Assembly (NCBI RefSeq): GCF_001194135.2
Contig: NC_068986.1
Coordinates: forward strand, 111,260,279-111,312,817
From: Octopus bimaculoides
Taxonomy: Eukaryota
Direction: 5' to 3'
Length of the DNA stretch: 52,539 nt
A program made the translations under genes and the position numbers. A model generated the notes under the pieces. It was not told the DNA's origin. It searched no databases and saw nothing but the letters and a program-made list of their open reading frames with translations. Within the stretch, counting starts at the first letter, position 1. Each line of letters starts with the position of its first letter. Positions 25,495-36,175 of this stretch are shown one piece after another.

Positions 25495-26222
25495 AACATT
25501 CCATGTGCATATTACCAAGATGGCAACAGTGTGCAGGCTAGTGGCTGGATGGATACTGAGGAGATGCAGAACCAGGAAAAAGGAGGCCTTGCTACTCCTA
25601 TGGAAGACTTTCGTTCTCAGTCGCTTGGACTACTGCTCCCAACTATGATCCCCAGAGAGTTTGAACCAAACTGTGGCACTCGAAGCAATCCAGCGCCAAT
25701 ACACAATGAAGATTGACTCGATGCAAAAGATGGGATACTGGGAGAGGCTAAATGAGCTGAGTCTCTATTCCTAGGAGAGAAGACGAGAGAGATATGCGGT
25801 GATATATATTCGGAAGATCTTGGAGGGTTTAGCTCCCAATTTTGAAATTGACAGCTATACTAATCCTCGAAATGGACGGCACTGCATCATACCAAAGATC
25901 CCGTCTTCCCCATCTAAAATAATAACAACACAGTATTACAACAATATGGGCTTCAAGGGCCCCGCAGTCGTTCAACATCCCCTGAGGCAACCTTAGAGAT
26001 CTACATGGTGTTGATGTCGAAATATTCAAAGAATGCCTGGACAGGTTTCTATCTGAGATACCAGATGAACCCACATCGTGGCAGGAGACGCAAAGAAGAG
26101 CAGCTCCATCCAACTCGCTTCTTCACCAAAAATAATACCGGAAACAACAGAGAGTAAATACAGGTGGTGCACCAGGATGACCTCCGCCTTGGGCTGAATC
26201 CAGTAAAAGATAAAAGATAAGA
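25495..26222 (+). mobile_element. CR1-like LINE 3' end: ORF2 C-terminus, 3'UTR and (TAAAAGA)n tail
   Basis: HITKMA...GWILR...LWKTFVLSRLDYCSQL.SP...LEAIQR.YT.KI....YWERL..L.LYS..RRRERY..IY..KIL.GLAPN...PDEP...AA.SNSL; ends CAGTAAAAGATAAAAGATAAG. Confidence 0.88.
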
Positions 26223-27384
26223 AACAGCAAAATATTTGAGTTTGTTTCTTTATCCATTTTGTTATTTTCAATTACGACAGACAGATATTGACCACCCTTG
26301 TACCGTTTCAAATCAAGTACACTGAACCACAAAAGAAACGCGAGATCTACAAATGGCAAGATTTAACCAAAGAGCACCAAATATAATATACCCTTCGCAT
26401 TATTTATGGAAATGACAAAGTTAAATACTTGCATTAATTTATCCTATCAAATGTTTTCTTTTTAGCGCAAAGAAACACATATTCAATAGATTATAATATC
26501 CAAGTGTAAAAGCATCATTGCATTAAGATAAACTAACTTATCTTATGTTTTCAGAGTTTGATATATGTAAAGATATGACTACCTAAAGTTCTACGCAATA
26601 GATTTTATTGAATATCACCTTCAGTATCTGGATTTAGGTAAATAGTTTCGTTAACAATCTGTTAAGTTGCTTGAATGTTGTCAGCTCGCAAGATGTTGCG
26701 TCGATGTGCTCCTACAACTCATGTTGATAATGACAGTTAAGTTCTCGAAAGTAACAAGATGCTCAAAGGAAACCTTTCAATCTTAGAGTACCAATGTATT
26801 TCTGAATGGGGGTTTCTTTGGAGTGAACATTCTCGATTTGGGATGTTTCTTTGAGTTATTTGTTTAAAGTACCCGGGCACTTCCCGAACAAAGAAAGAAA
26901 ACGTATTCGCATTTTCTGTAAAGGGATCTTGTATTGGAGAGATTTGAACTGTTAGAATGTAGTAAAAACTATTTTATGCTGGGGAAATTAATGAAGGCAA
27001 ATATATTGCCTCACTTCGTGATCTCTGACAGTGAACAACACCTAAATGTGAAATAGATAAACTTACGGAATAATTTTTGACATTTGTTGAATTAATTCTT
27101 GCTCTCAATAACACTTCCAAATTACCTCATTCGTCATTGAATGACAAGAGTATGTCTCAAGAGGGAACCACTTTAATTTACGACGATATCGATGAGATTA
27201 TTTCCCAGAGACTTGCCATGCTTCGCAATCCTATTCAGGAACTTTGCCTTTGAAAGAGAAATATCAAAGCACATATAACAAAAAAATTAGGAGAAAGTTA
27301 TTTTCAATTTTAGAACATGTAATACAAAATTATATTGGTAGAACATTAATACTGATATTGCTATTAACATTTACAATCACTACG

Positions 27385-27510
27385 GAGGCGAACTGGTAGA
27401 ATGGCTATCACGCTGGACAAGATGCTTGGCCTCATTTCTTCCGACATGTCCTCTTCAGTTAAAATGCCACCGGAGTCGTCCCCATTGCATTTCATCCTTT
27501 CGGGTTCAAT
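27385..27510 (+). mobile_element. Decayed SINE (GGCGAACTGGTAGAA... family)
   Basis: Similar to 42880-43062 and to the reverse complement of 11005-11210. Confidence 0.65.
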
Positions 27511-27639
27511 AAAATAAGCAGCAGTTGCTCAATACTGTCGATGCAATTGGTTTCGCTACTTCCCGAAATGTCTGGCCTTAAGGCAAAAGTTGAAAATAAT
27601 ATTTAAAATATCTAAGTCAGCTACAAAACACACCTATAG

Positions 27640-27780
27640 ACATTTCGGCAAACCTTACGTTCGCAGTTCAAATTCCACTGAGGTCAAGGAGTGAACAAAA
27701 TAGGTACAAGTTGAACTCTGAGGTCGATGTAAAGAGCTTCCCCACTCATATGTGCTGGTCTTCTACAGAAACTTGGAACT
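27640..27780 (+). mobile_element. Decayed SINE fragment
   Basis: TACGTTCGCAGTTCAAATTCCACTGAGGTC, i.e. the B-box region of the same family. Confidence 0.55.
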
Positions 27781-28025
27781 AATATATACTATCACATATT
27801 TTTCTTAAAGAAAGGCCAATAATATTATAACATTTCGCTCGCATACATAAAGTCACATATATGTATATATCTCAACGCATTATGAACGAATTGTATGGGC
27901 GACGCAGTGCACTCACAAGGAGGCTCCACTTTTTAATTATCTGCTTGGTTTGTTGAAGTAATGTTATTGTCTTTCGGGGCGGGACAATATGTAACATGTG
28001 AATGGAACTGGACAAACGAAAAGCG

Positions 28026-28079
<54 letters not shown>

Positions 28080-28111
28080 CCTATCTATCTATCTATCTGT
28101 CTGTCTGTTTG

Positions 28112-28143
<32 letters not shown>

Positions 28144-28144
28144 T

Positions 28145-28188
<44 letters not shown>
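28026..28188. repeat. Compound (TATC)n-(TC)n-(TA)n microsatellite
   Basis: Adjacent simple repeats. Confidence 0.95.
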
Positions 28189-28192
<4 letters not shown>

Positions 28193-28484
28193 CAAACCTT
28201 CGAGTGCAGGGAAACTGCAATTCAAAAGCACATTTTTGTTGCATGCAATGTCAGCTGACACTTCCTGTCAACTGTGAAAATTGTATATGTCTCAGCTAAA
28301 TATCGCATAATGCATAATAGTATTGTATCATGTGCTGTATGGGTTCATTCCTTTTTTAAAACCCGAAATTGTTCTGCAATGTCAGATTTACTTAAAGTTC
28401 TGTTAATGTGCCTTATTCGCTCTGTGTTTTCTGAGCATACTTTGCGACAAGGTTTCAGATTCAGGCCAACTGCACAATAATAGC

Positions 28485-28570
28485 CTCACCAATTCATTGT
28501 GAGTGGATTTGAGTGACGAAAACTGCGCGGACGCTCGTCGTAATATATGTGTGTGTAGTTCGTTTCTTTG
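28485..28570 (+). mobile_element. SINE body fragment
   Basis: TAGCCTC...TTGTGAGTGGATTTG..GACGAAAACTG resembles the 47056 SINE body. Confidence 0.5.
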
Positions 28571-29917
28571 CTTATTCACACTACAGGTTGACTTTCGATG
28601 CTATTTTGCCCACGACCTCACATTTAAGTGGTTCGAACAGTAGAGACCGATATAATAAAACACTTCATGGGTGTGCTTCATCTAATGCGCCGCCCAGTAA
28701 TTAAACAAGTAAAAGATAACTGATTTAAGCTACATGTTTGTGACTTGGACACGAAATCATAATGATGAATCTATCACATTCAAACACTACATAGCTACAT
28801 TATTGAATTCACATCATAAACCTCTGGTTTATCGGTGTTTCTATGAGAATAGGTCTGAATGAGCGAGGTGTCTGCTTGTAGCTGGATTATTACCAAGCAG
28901 TCAATGGGGCATTTAAGTTGAGTTTAGTGGAACAATGTAAAATAAAGTGCTCTCCTCCGTGACACAAAACGACTCTCGTGTAGCAAATAAGCCAACGCAC
29001 CACAAACGTGATGCTCATATTAGAACATCCGTTCAAATTATTATCATGAGAAACTAAAATAATTGAAATAACATTCGAGGTTATCTCTGAAAATTTATCT
29101 TTAAATTGAGAATTGAGTTAGATTTTTCAAATAAATAGATATTTATTTCCATAAAATAATCAGTAAATCAAGAGAGCCAAATAATAATATGTATTAGGGT
29201 TTATGCAATAACGTGCTCTCATGTATCAATAAAGGTTCCAGTAAATTAGCTAAATTTAGATGAGATTCATATTACAAAAACTAGGTTTCCAAAATTTCAT
29301 TAAGTATTTTTATAAAAGCTCATTAAATTTTAAATTTAGATATATTTCTAACAAGAAAATTCAATCATTATCTTCATAAATCTCAGATTTTGACACTTCA
29401 ATTTAAAATTATTAATATTGAGTGGCTGTAATCATTATATCAGAAAGCAACTGTTGCTATGTGTTTTCTTTCATAGAGAATTTTCTAAAGTTATAGACTT
29501 CACGCAATTCTTCAAAAACAACAAATTAATAATAATAAGTGGGTTTAGATTATTAATTTCAGTTGCAGCAGATATTTTTGGGTAAAGATTTCAAATTTTG
29601 TAATGCACTTGGCAACTAAACAACGCTTTTATGTGTTAAATATTAGAGTACAACGAATCGAGGCAAGATTAGATATGCTATTGAAGGTCATGAATTAAGA
29701 AGTAATGTTGATAATATGACATGGCTTCCTATGCATTGGTCTTTAGGATACTATGAATTTCTCAGTGAAACAAACATTTAAATCATATATATATATATAT
29801 ATATGTATATATGATGTTTTCTTTTTATTTATTATTAGTGTTCCTTTAATATGTTTTGCTAATTTTACTGTTTCGTTTCAGATATCATCAGAAAAAAGGT
29901 AATTAAAATTCATTAAA

Positions 29918-30075
29918 ATGACAGATCTATCGGACTTTCAAAGAGGTCAAGTTGTTGGTGCTCGTATGGCAGGCGATAGCGTAACGAAAACATACGAAAT
30001 GTTTGGTATATCAAGAAGTACTGTCTCGAAAGTAATGACAGACTTTGAGAAAGAGGGAAAAACCTCCTCGTCGCA
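29918..30075 (+). mobile_element. Tc1 transposase N-terminal HTH fragment
   Basis: MTDLSDFQRGQVVGARMAGDSVTKTYEMFGISRSTVSKVM is a typical Tc1 start; truncated after KTSS. Confidence 0.85.
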
Positions 30076-30926
30076 GAAATTATTATCACACGATAACAGA
30101 CTAAATTCAAAGAGCCTTGATTTTTTTCTCTCTCTCACTTAACAGGTTAACGCAACCTTGATGGCTGTAATTTACGATGCTAAACATTATGTTACAAGAC
30201 AATAAATGACGGGCGTAGAGGGAAACTTACAAAATATTTAAAACCTAATCATTTGATCATCTTCAGACAATCAAATTGCATTTGAATCCAAATATTAATT
30301 CGAGATGATTTTAAAACCTCATTGAGAAGCAAGGGCAGTATAATTCCAACTGTTTCCATCACAACTTTTGAAAATTAGAGATATCTGTGAAACCGTTTAG
30401 GTCTTTAAATAAATCAAAATATCCAAACGAATCCAAGTGTACTTTTAACTTCTTTTCCACACAGACGCACACGCACACACAAACACACACACAAACCTTG
30501 GCGTGATGTGAGATGAATATATCTATTCAATCCCTTGACGTACTTAGGATTAAAGCTGAATGTTCGCTTGCAGAAGATATTTAACCCGCCAGTGGTGTAT
30601 GCTCTACACTGACACATGATTTGTCTAGAGTATTCGTTAATGATTTCCTTATACTGTTTTCTTTAGATTTTCGTCTTCCAAGATGCTGCTGATGCTTCTC
30701 TTATCGTCACCTTTAAAGAATTTTCACCTCATCATTTCATGAATTGCATGTCACTTCCCGCGCTTGACAGTATATTCACTCGCATATGTCAGCACGTGTG
30801 TTTCATTATATATGCACACACGCGTATATGTACAAGCATACAAAAACACAAAACACTTATAAGTATCTATGTATCTATGCATATATACACATATATGCAG
30901 ACACATATATATGCAGACACATATTA

Positions 30927-30977
<51 letters not shown>

Positions 30978-31129
30978 ATGTGTGTATTTATATGACCGTG
31001 CGTGAGCAGAGAGAGAGAAATAGATAGACATATAGATAGATAGATAAAAAGATAGATAGACAGATTCGTAGATAGAATGCATATATGTGTGCATGCTTGC
31101 ACGTGTATATGTGTGTGTGTTGATCTAAT

Positions 31130-31650
31130 AACAGTTCCATATGATTTCAAATTTTCTTGTAGTCTACCACCCAACTTTCCCATTAGATTTAAGGATGCCT
31201 TATGCAATGTTTGACGAAAATTCACGATGTTTTCTAGTTCTTTATGCCTTTGTTGGTCATCTCAGGTAGTTTTGTGCTCCTAGGAATTTACTTCATTTTA
31301 CCAATTCTGATTGAACGTTCGCAGGAAACTGGTGTCACGTTGGTGGCAGGCTTCCATATATAATATTTACTGATACATGTTCACTCTCTTGGACACATCA
31401 CATGAAATGCTTCGATTGATCAGTAACCGAGTCAGCCAATAAATTTGAAGGAATTTTGCTCATCTCACACTTTCTTAAGATACACAGATACTCAATCCTC
31501 ATCACCACTTCTCCACCGCCAATTCATCTGGTGACACTGTGCCCTTTGTAATGATATCTCCAACATGAAATGCAATATTCTTGACAGTGTTTTTCCAAAC
31601 TCAGATGGACCTCTCAATTGCTAAATCTGTCTCCCTGACCGATTAATATT
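31130..31650 (-). mobile_element. Decayed RTE-like LINE fragment
   Basis: Weak post-RT similarity (LEISL.RAQCH.., ISKYYIWK.., RQTLH..L.L...GRLQENLKSYG). Many stops. Confidence 0.35.
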
Positions 31651-32357
31651 TTTCGATTATCCCACAGGTTCCATCAATAAGAAGAATGAACTATTTTATT
31701 CTTGGCGCCAAAGGTACGCTCGTTTATGAACTTGAAACATTTAGCTGCTGATAAACCGGATATACAATCCTGGGCTTAGCAGTTCCCATCACGAATGAAA
31801 AGTATTTATTTCCTGTCAACTTTCTGGAACACAGACAACCTATGGTGGTCATGTTATCTCATCTGTAATCCAATATTTTATAACTGTGATTCTCTCAAAG
31901 ACAACGTAAAGCCGCTAATAGGTTCGTACTCCATCGATCGATGTTGAACTTCTAGCTTGCAAAGCTGTGATTTGCGGTAACCAATACAGATAAGAAATAT
32001 CGCCGAATAAATAAGGTCGCAGCCTGTAGCTAAAGACATGCTAGCACCTTTCCAGCATCCTGTTCGAAAACGGCAGCTAGAAATGAAGAAAATAGGCGGC
32101 GCCTCTTTGATAGTATTAATACTGCGTAACTTGCAGTGTCCACTAATGGCCTAACTACTCAAACTTAATCTCCAGTTTGGCCCAAAACTCCCACGTAACA
32201 AACATCAGGTCCGTTGAACGTAATCTTGCTCGACTAACGTAATCAAATCGATGGCGGAACTGAGTTCATCTTTTGTGAAATACATGCAACTCCAACCTAC
32301 TATATTGCATGTTCTCTTCGTTCGTTCACTTATTCGTGTATGTATACACATACTCAA

Positions 32358-32410
<53 letters not shown>

Positions 32411-32717
32411 NNNNNNNNNNNNNNNNNNNNNNNNNNNNNNNNNNNNNNNNNNNNNNNNNNNNNNNNNNNNNNNNNNNNNNNNNNNNNNNNNNNNNNNNNN
32501 NNNNNNNNNNNNNNNNNNNNNNNNNNNNNNNNNNNNNNNNNNNNNNNNNNNNNNNNNNNNNNNNNNNNNNNNNNNNNNNNNNNNNNNNNNNNNNNNNNNN
32601 NNNNNNNNNNNNNNNNNNNNNNNNNNNNNNNNNNNNNNNNNNNNNNNNNNNNNNNNNNNNNNNNNNNNNNNNNNNNNNNNNNNNNNNNNNNNNNNNNNNN
32701 NNNNNNNNNNNNNNNNN
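32411..32717. other. Assembly gap (N) following (CA)n
   Basis: N run. Confidence 1.
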
Positions 32718-33022
32718 TTTGTATACAATTATGTATGTGTGTGTTTGTAAGGGACAGAGTGTGAGTGAGAGAGAGAGGTTTGTTGTCATGTATGCGTACA
32801 TGCATAAATATACATACATCTTTGGATGTATGCATATGACAACACAGCCCTTGACTCACTCACACTCTGTCTCTTACAAACACGCACACGCACGCATACA
32901 CACGTGTGTCTTTGTAAATAGGTTTGTATACATTTATGTATGTGTGTGTTTGTAAGAGACAGAGTGTGAGTGAATGAAGGGGTGTGTGTGTGCGAGTGTA
33001 TGTGTGTGAGACAGAGTGAGAG
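32718..33022. repeat. Alternating-orientation array of a 28-bp unit
   Basis: GTGTTTGTAAGAGACAGAGTGTGAGTGA at 32946-32973 (+); exact reverse complement at 32856-32883; one-mismatch copy at 32741-32768 (+). Confidence 0.85.
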
Positions 33023-33097
33023 AGCGGCGTGTATGTAGTATTTACTCTCTCTCTCTCATACACACGAACACACACACTCACACACAAAATAGAGAGT

Positions 33098-33219
33098 GTC
33101 GCCTGAGGAGATATATATAGATCTTCTTATACAGGTAAATCGTTGAATAATTTCATTTAAACTTAACTTCAAATCATGTATATACGAGAATATGTATGTA
33201 TCGAAACAACTGTAGCGAT
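33098..33219 (+). ncRNA. Candidate type I (Penelope-type, minimal stem III) hammerhead ribozyme
   Basis: Stem I GUCGC/GCGAU; core CUGAGGA (33103-33109); 10-bp stem II G33110-A33119 with U33193-C33202 (two G-U pairs); GAAA (33203-33206); stem III A-U and C-G closing loop AACU; cleavage triplet GUA (33212-33214). Confidence 0.65.
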
Positions 33220-34349
33220 TAAAAAGCTGCCTAACAGTACTTCCTCCTCCTTTTGAATTTTTTGAATTTTTGGTTTTTACTTTATATATATATATATACA
33301 TACATAAACACACACATACTCAAACACACACACATATATATATATAAGTTTCTGTGTGTGAGTGTGTGTTGTGCGTGTGTAAAATCTACGCCAGTTATCT
33401 AAGTAAAATTCACATAAATTCTAATCCTTTAGAAATATAGCTAGGACAGTAAACACTGTCAACTGTAATATAATGACAACGAAATAGAGTCCAAATAAAA
33501 TTGAAAGAGCATTATAGAATGTATGGTTTTGAAACAGATTTCCTCGTTGTTTTAAAATTGCTCGGACGGTCTCATCCTTGAGGAAAAAGTGGAGTGTGCC
33601 ACTTTCTTTGAACCATTCAAATAACTCTCCTCCAAATTATTTCAAGTTCTGTTTAACCTGATTATCTCTGCGAAAGAACCACGTGATCCTTGATTCACGT
33701 AATAAAAGAATGAATCTGTAAATGTAATTCTTTCTATAATTTTCAAATAATGAAGTTGTATTCGTGTAAATCACTAAGATGCATTATATAACTTATCAAA
33801 GAAGTCCAATAGAATAATCCGGTATTTGATTTAATTACATATTTTATGCTTAGTAACGCAGTATTTACCTAATTGACTTATATGTTTCTCATTTAATTTA
33901 TCAAAAAATTATTCATAGTAGCGTTTCAAGAACTGGACTTTTAGTCGTCATATATTCATTATCACTAAATTAAGAATGACGGATTCAATAAATTAATTTA
34001 ATTAATTACAGTTCATCTCTGTTAAGGTCTCAAAATACGTCTGCAGAATATTGTTTTTCTTGGTTAAATTAAGTACGAAAGCTATTTCCTGCTCGTCTGC
34101 TGCCCAAGCAATATTTAACGGTAAGTAATAATGTGGTAGAAATATTGATACACACAGTCGTAACACACACAAACACACACAACCACATACAAACATACAT
34201 ATGTGCATGTTATATCTTATATTGGGACAGATCGATGCGACCCCAAAAAGCTGGTATTGACAGTTGGCATTATTAGGCTGTAGCTGGCATAACAGTATAG
34301 GAACATTTATTTGCATATTCAAAACATTTGCCGTAAACGAAATTAAAAG

Positions 34350-34408
<59 letters not shown>

Positions 34409-34433
34409 TCTTCCTTTATTGGTTTACCCTTAT

Positions 34434-34480
34434 ATTCTCTTACTTGTATCAGTCATTCGGCTGCAGCCATACTGGAGCAC
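34434..34480 (-). mobile_element. SINE 3' end fragment
   Basis: Reverse complement GTGCTCCAGTATGGCTGCAGCCGAATGACTGATACAAGTAAGAGAAT matches the 4650-4705 tail. Confidence 0.75.
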
Positions 34481-34514
34481 AATATGTATATGTCTGTGTA
34501 TGTCTGTGTGTCTG

Positions 34515-34557
<43 letters not shown>

Positions 34558-36175
34558 GCGCGTATGTCTGTGTGTGCACATATATCTTACAAACACAAAA
34601 TTGAACGATTGTAGCTGGTACAACAGCTGACTACACAAGCGTTACACTTGGTGCCAATAAATTATCATTTTTATGCTACACTGTCCACTTTATGTTCTGC
34701 ATATCTGCCACTCACCGTTTGAAGCTTGCTAACATCCTACACTCGGATCTCTATATCGTATTCATGCATATATTGAAGACATAATAATCTGTATCTGAAA
34801 TTTTAAGATTCAAGTCCCCATCATACTGTCGGAACAACATGTGTAAACACTCCAATACATAATTTCCTTTAGGAAACCTTTCTGAAGACCATTCCAGTTA
34901 TTTCGGTAAACCATATTTTGCTTTGACTTTCTGGAAATGATAGAAACAAAACCAGACTTAAGCAAAATTTACGCGTCAGGCTTACCAACCTACTTTCAAC
35001 TGTGTAAAATTTCGAATAAGATAGTGAAAATCTTAGGCTTCAATCGTGTGGTATTCGTACATTCACTTCTAAAAATGAATATATACGAAGTAGAGGCAAA
35101 TAGATATGTAGGCGGAATCCTGAGATAATCATGAAGACACTATTTTAAAAAATATGTGGAAAGCGTAAATGAAACAAAGGGCTTGAAGTGTAGAGTGGTT
35201 AGGAGCAGAACACAACATCTGCCTCAGTTTACATGCGGATAAGGTGTAGTGCACACGAACGAAGATACGATGAATTATTAATCGTACGAAGAAAATGTTA
35301 GAAAACAAGTACATTATACATACATATAGACAAACAGTCAGACAGACATATATACGAGATTGTAGTTTTACCTATATACATAGTACGTATGTATTGCGTG
35401 TATCTTTGAGTATGTTTATGTATGTATGTTTGTGTAAGTATGTATTTAAAACATTGCTTACAGTATACGCTATCTTCATATTTTTCGTTGTGGAAATTTT
35501 TGTTAAATCAATTACTCCTTTTCTATAATTTCACTCCGATTGTAACATTTTTATTGTTAAATATTTTCAATGATTTGATGAAATTTTAATTTCATTGCTA
35601 GCAATACATGTTTGGATTTATTTCTGTAATTTGATTTACACGTGAAATGCCCAGATATATAATTCGGACTACTTCGATGCTTGTTATATATCATCGCCGG
35701 ACACGGCATAACCTTTATGAATAAAATAATAAATTCATTTTTGGCGCACCCAATGCTTTCCATCGAAGAATATTCAAATCCAATTTTAACCACAAAAATG
35801 GATTCTCTTGGGGGAAAATATATGTGTTAGAATTCAAATAAATAAAGTATGAGGACACACTCGTTATCGGATAAAAATATAATCTTCAACAGTAAATCGA
35901 TGTTAGTCTTTTTCTTCAACACCAACACATACATTTACGCAGTACACAGTTATAGATACATGAACATGCACACACTGAAACACACGTACATGTACTGGTA
36001 CTCACATACATATGCACCTGCGAGGCACACGTACACTAACGCATGCATACACGAAATAAAATAAAATATGAAGATGCGTTTCTAGAGCACGAAGTAATAT
36101 AAATATATATATATATAAGCACAGGCAAATATATATCATTGTTATATCGCACGTTCGGATTACCTCTACTCAACT

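Noticed and set aside
29866-29900. Minus-strand CTGATGA...GAAAC as a second hammerhead or a C/D box
   Set aside because: Stem II does not pair and there is no NUH cleavage site or stem I. It is part of the Tc1 5' region.
30480-30740. Minus frame with RYIHLTS resembling the TTLL HLTN motif
   Set aside because: Needs a frameshift, has no proper acceptor, and the similarity is too short.
32205-33087. Long ORFs in the track here and at 4042-4569, 16192-16638, 20738-21595, 37903-38384 and 40495-40934
   Set aside because: They run through N gaps and CA/TA/TATC microsatellites (HTHT, YIYI, LSIY, CVCV peptides) and are not coding.
33410-33780. Start-less minus frame of about 120 codons with one stop, ending in a hydrophobic stretch
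   Set aside because: No convincing splice sites or homology. Open stretches of this length are expected by chance in the window.
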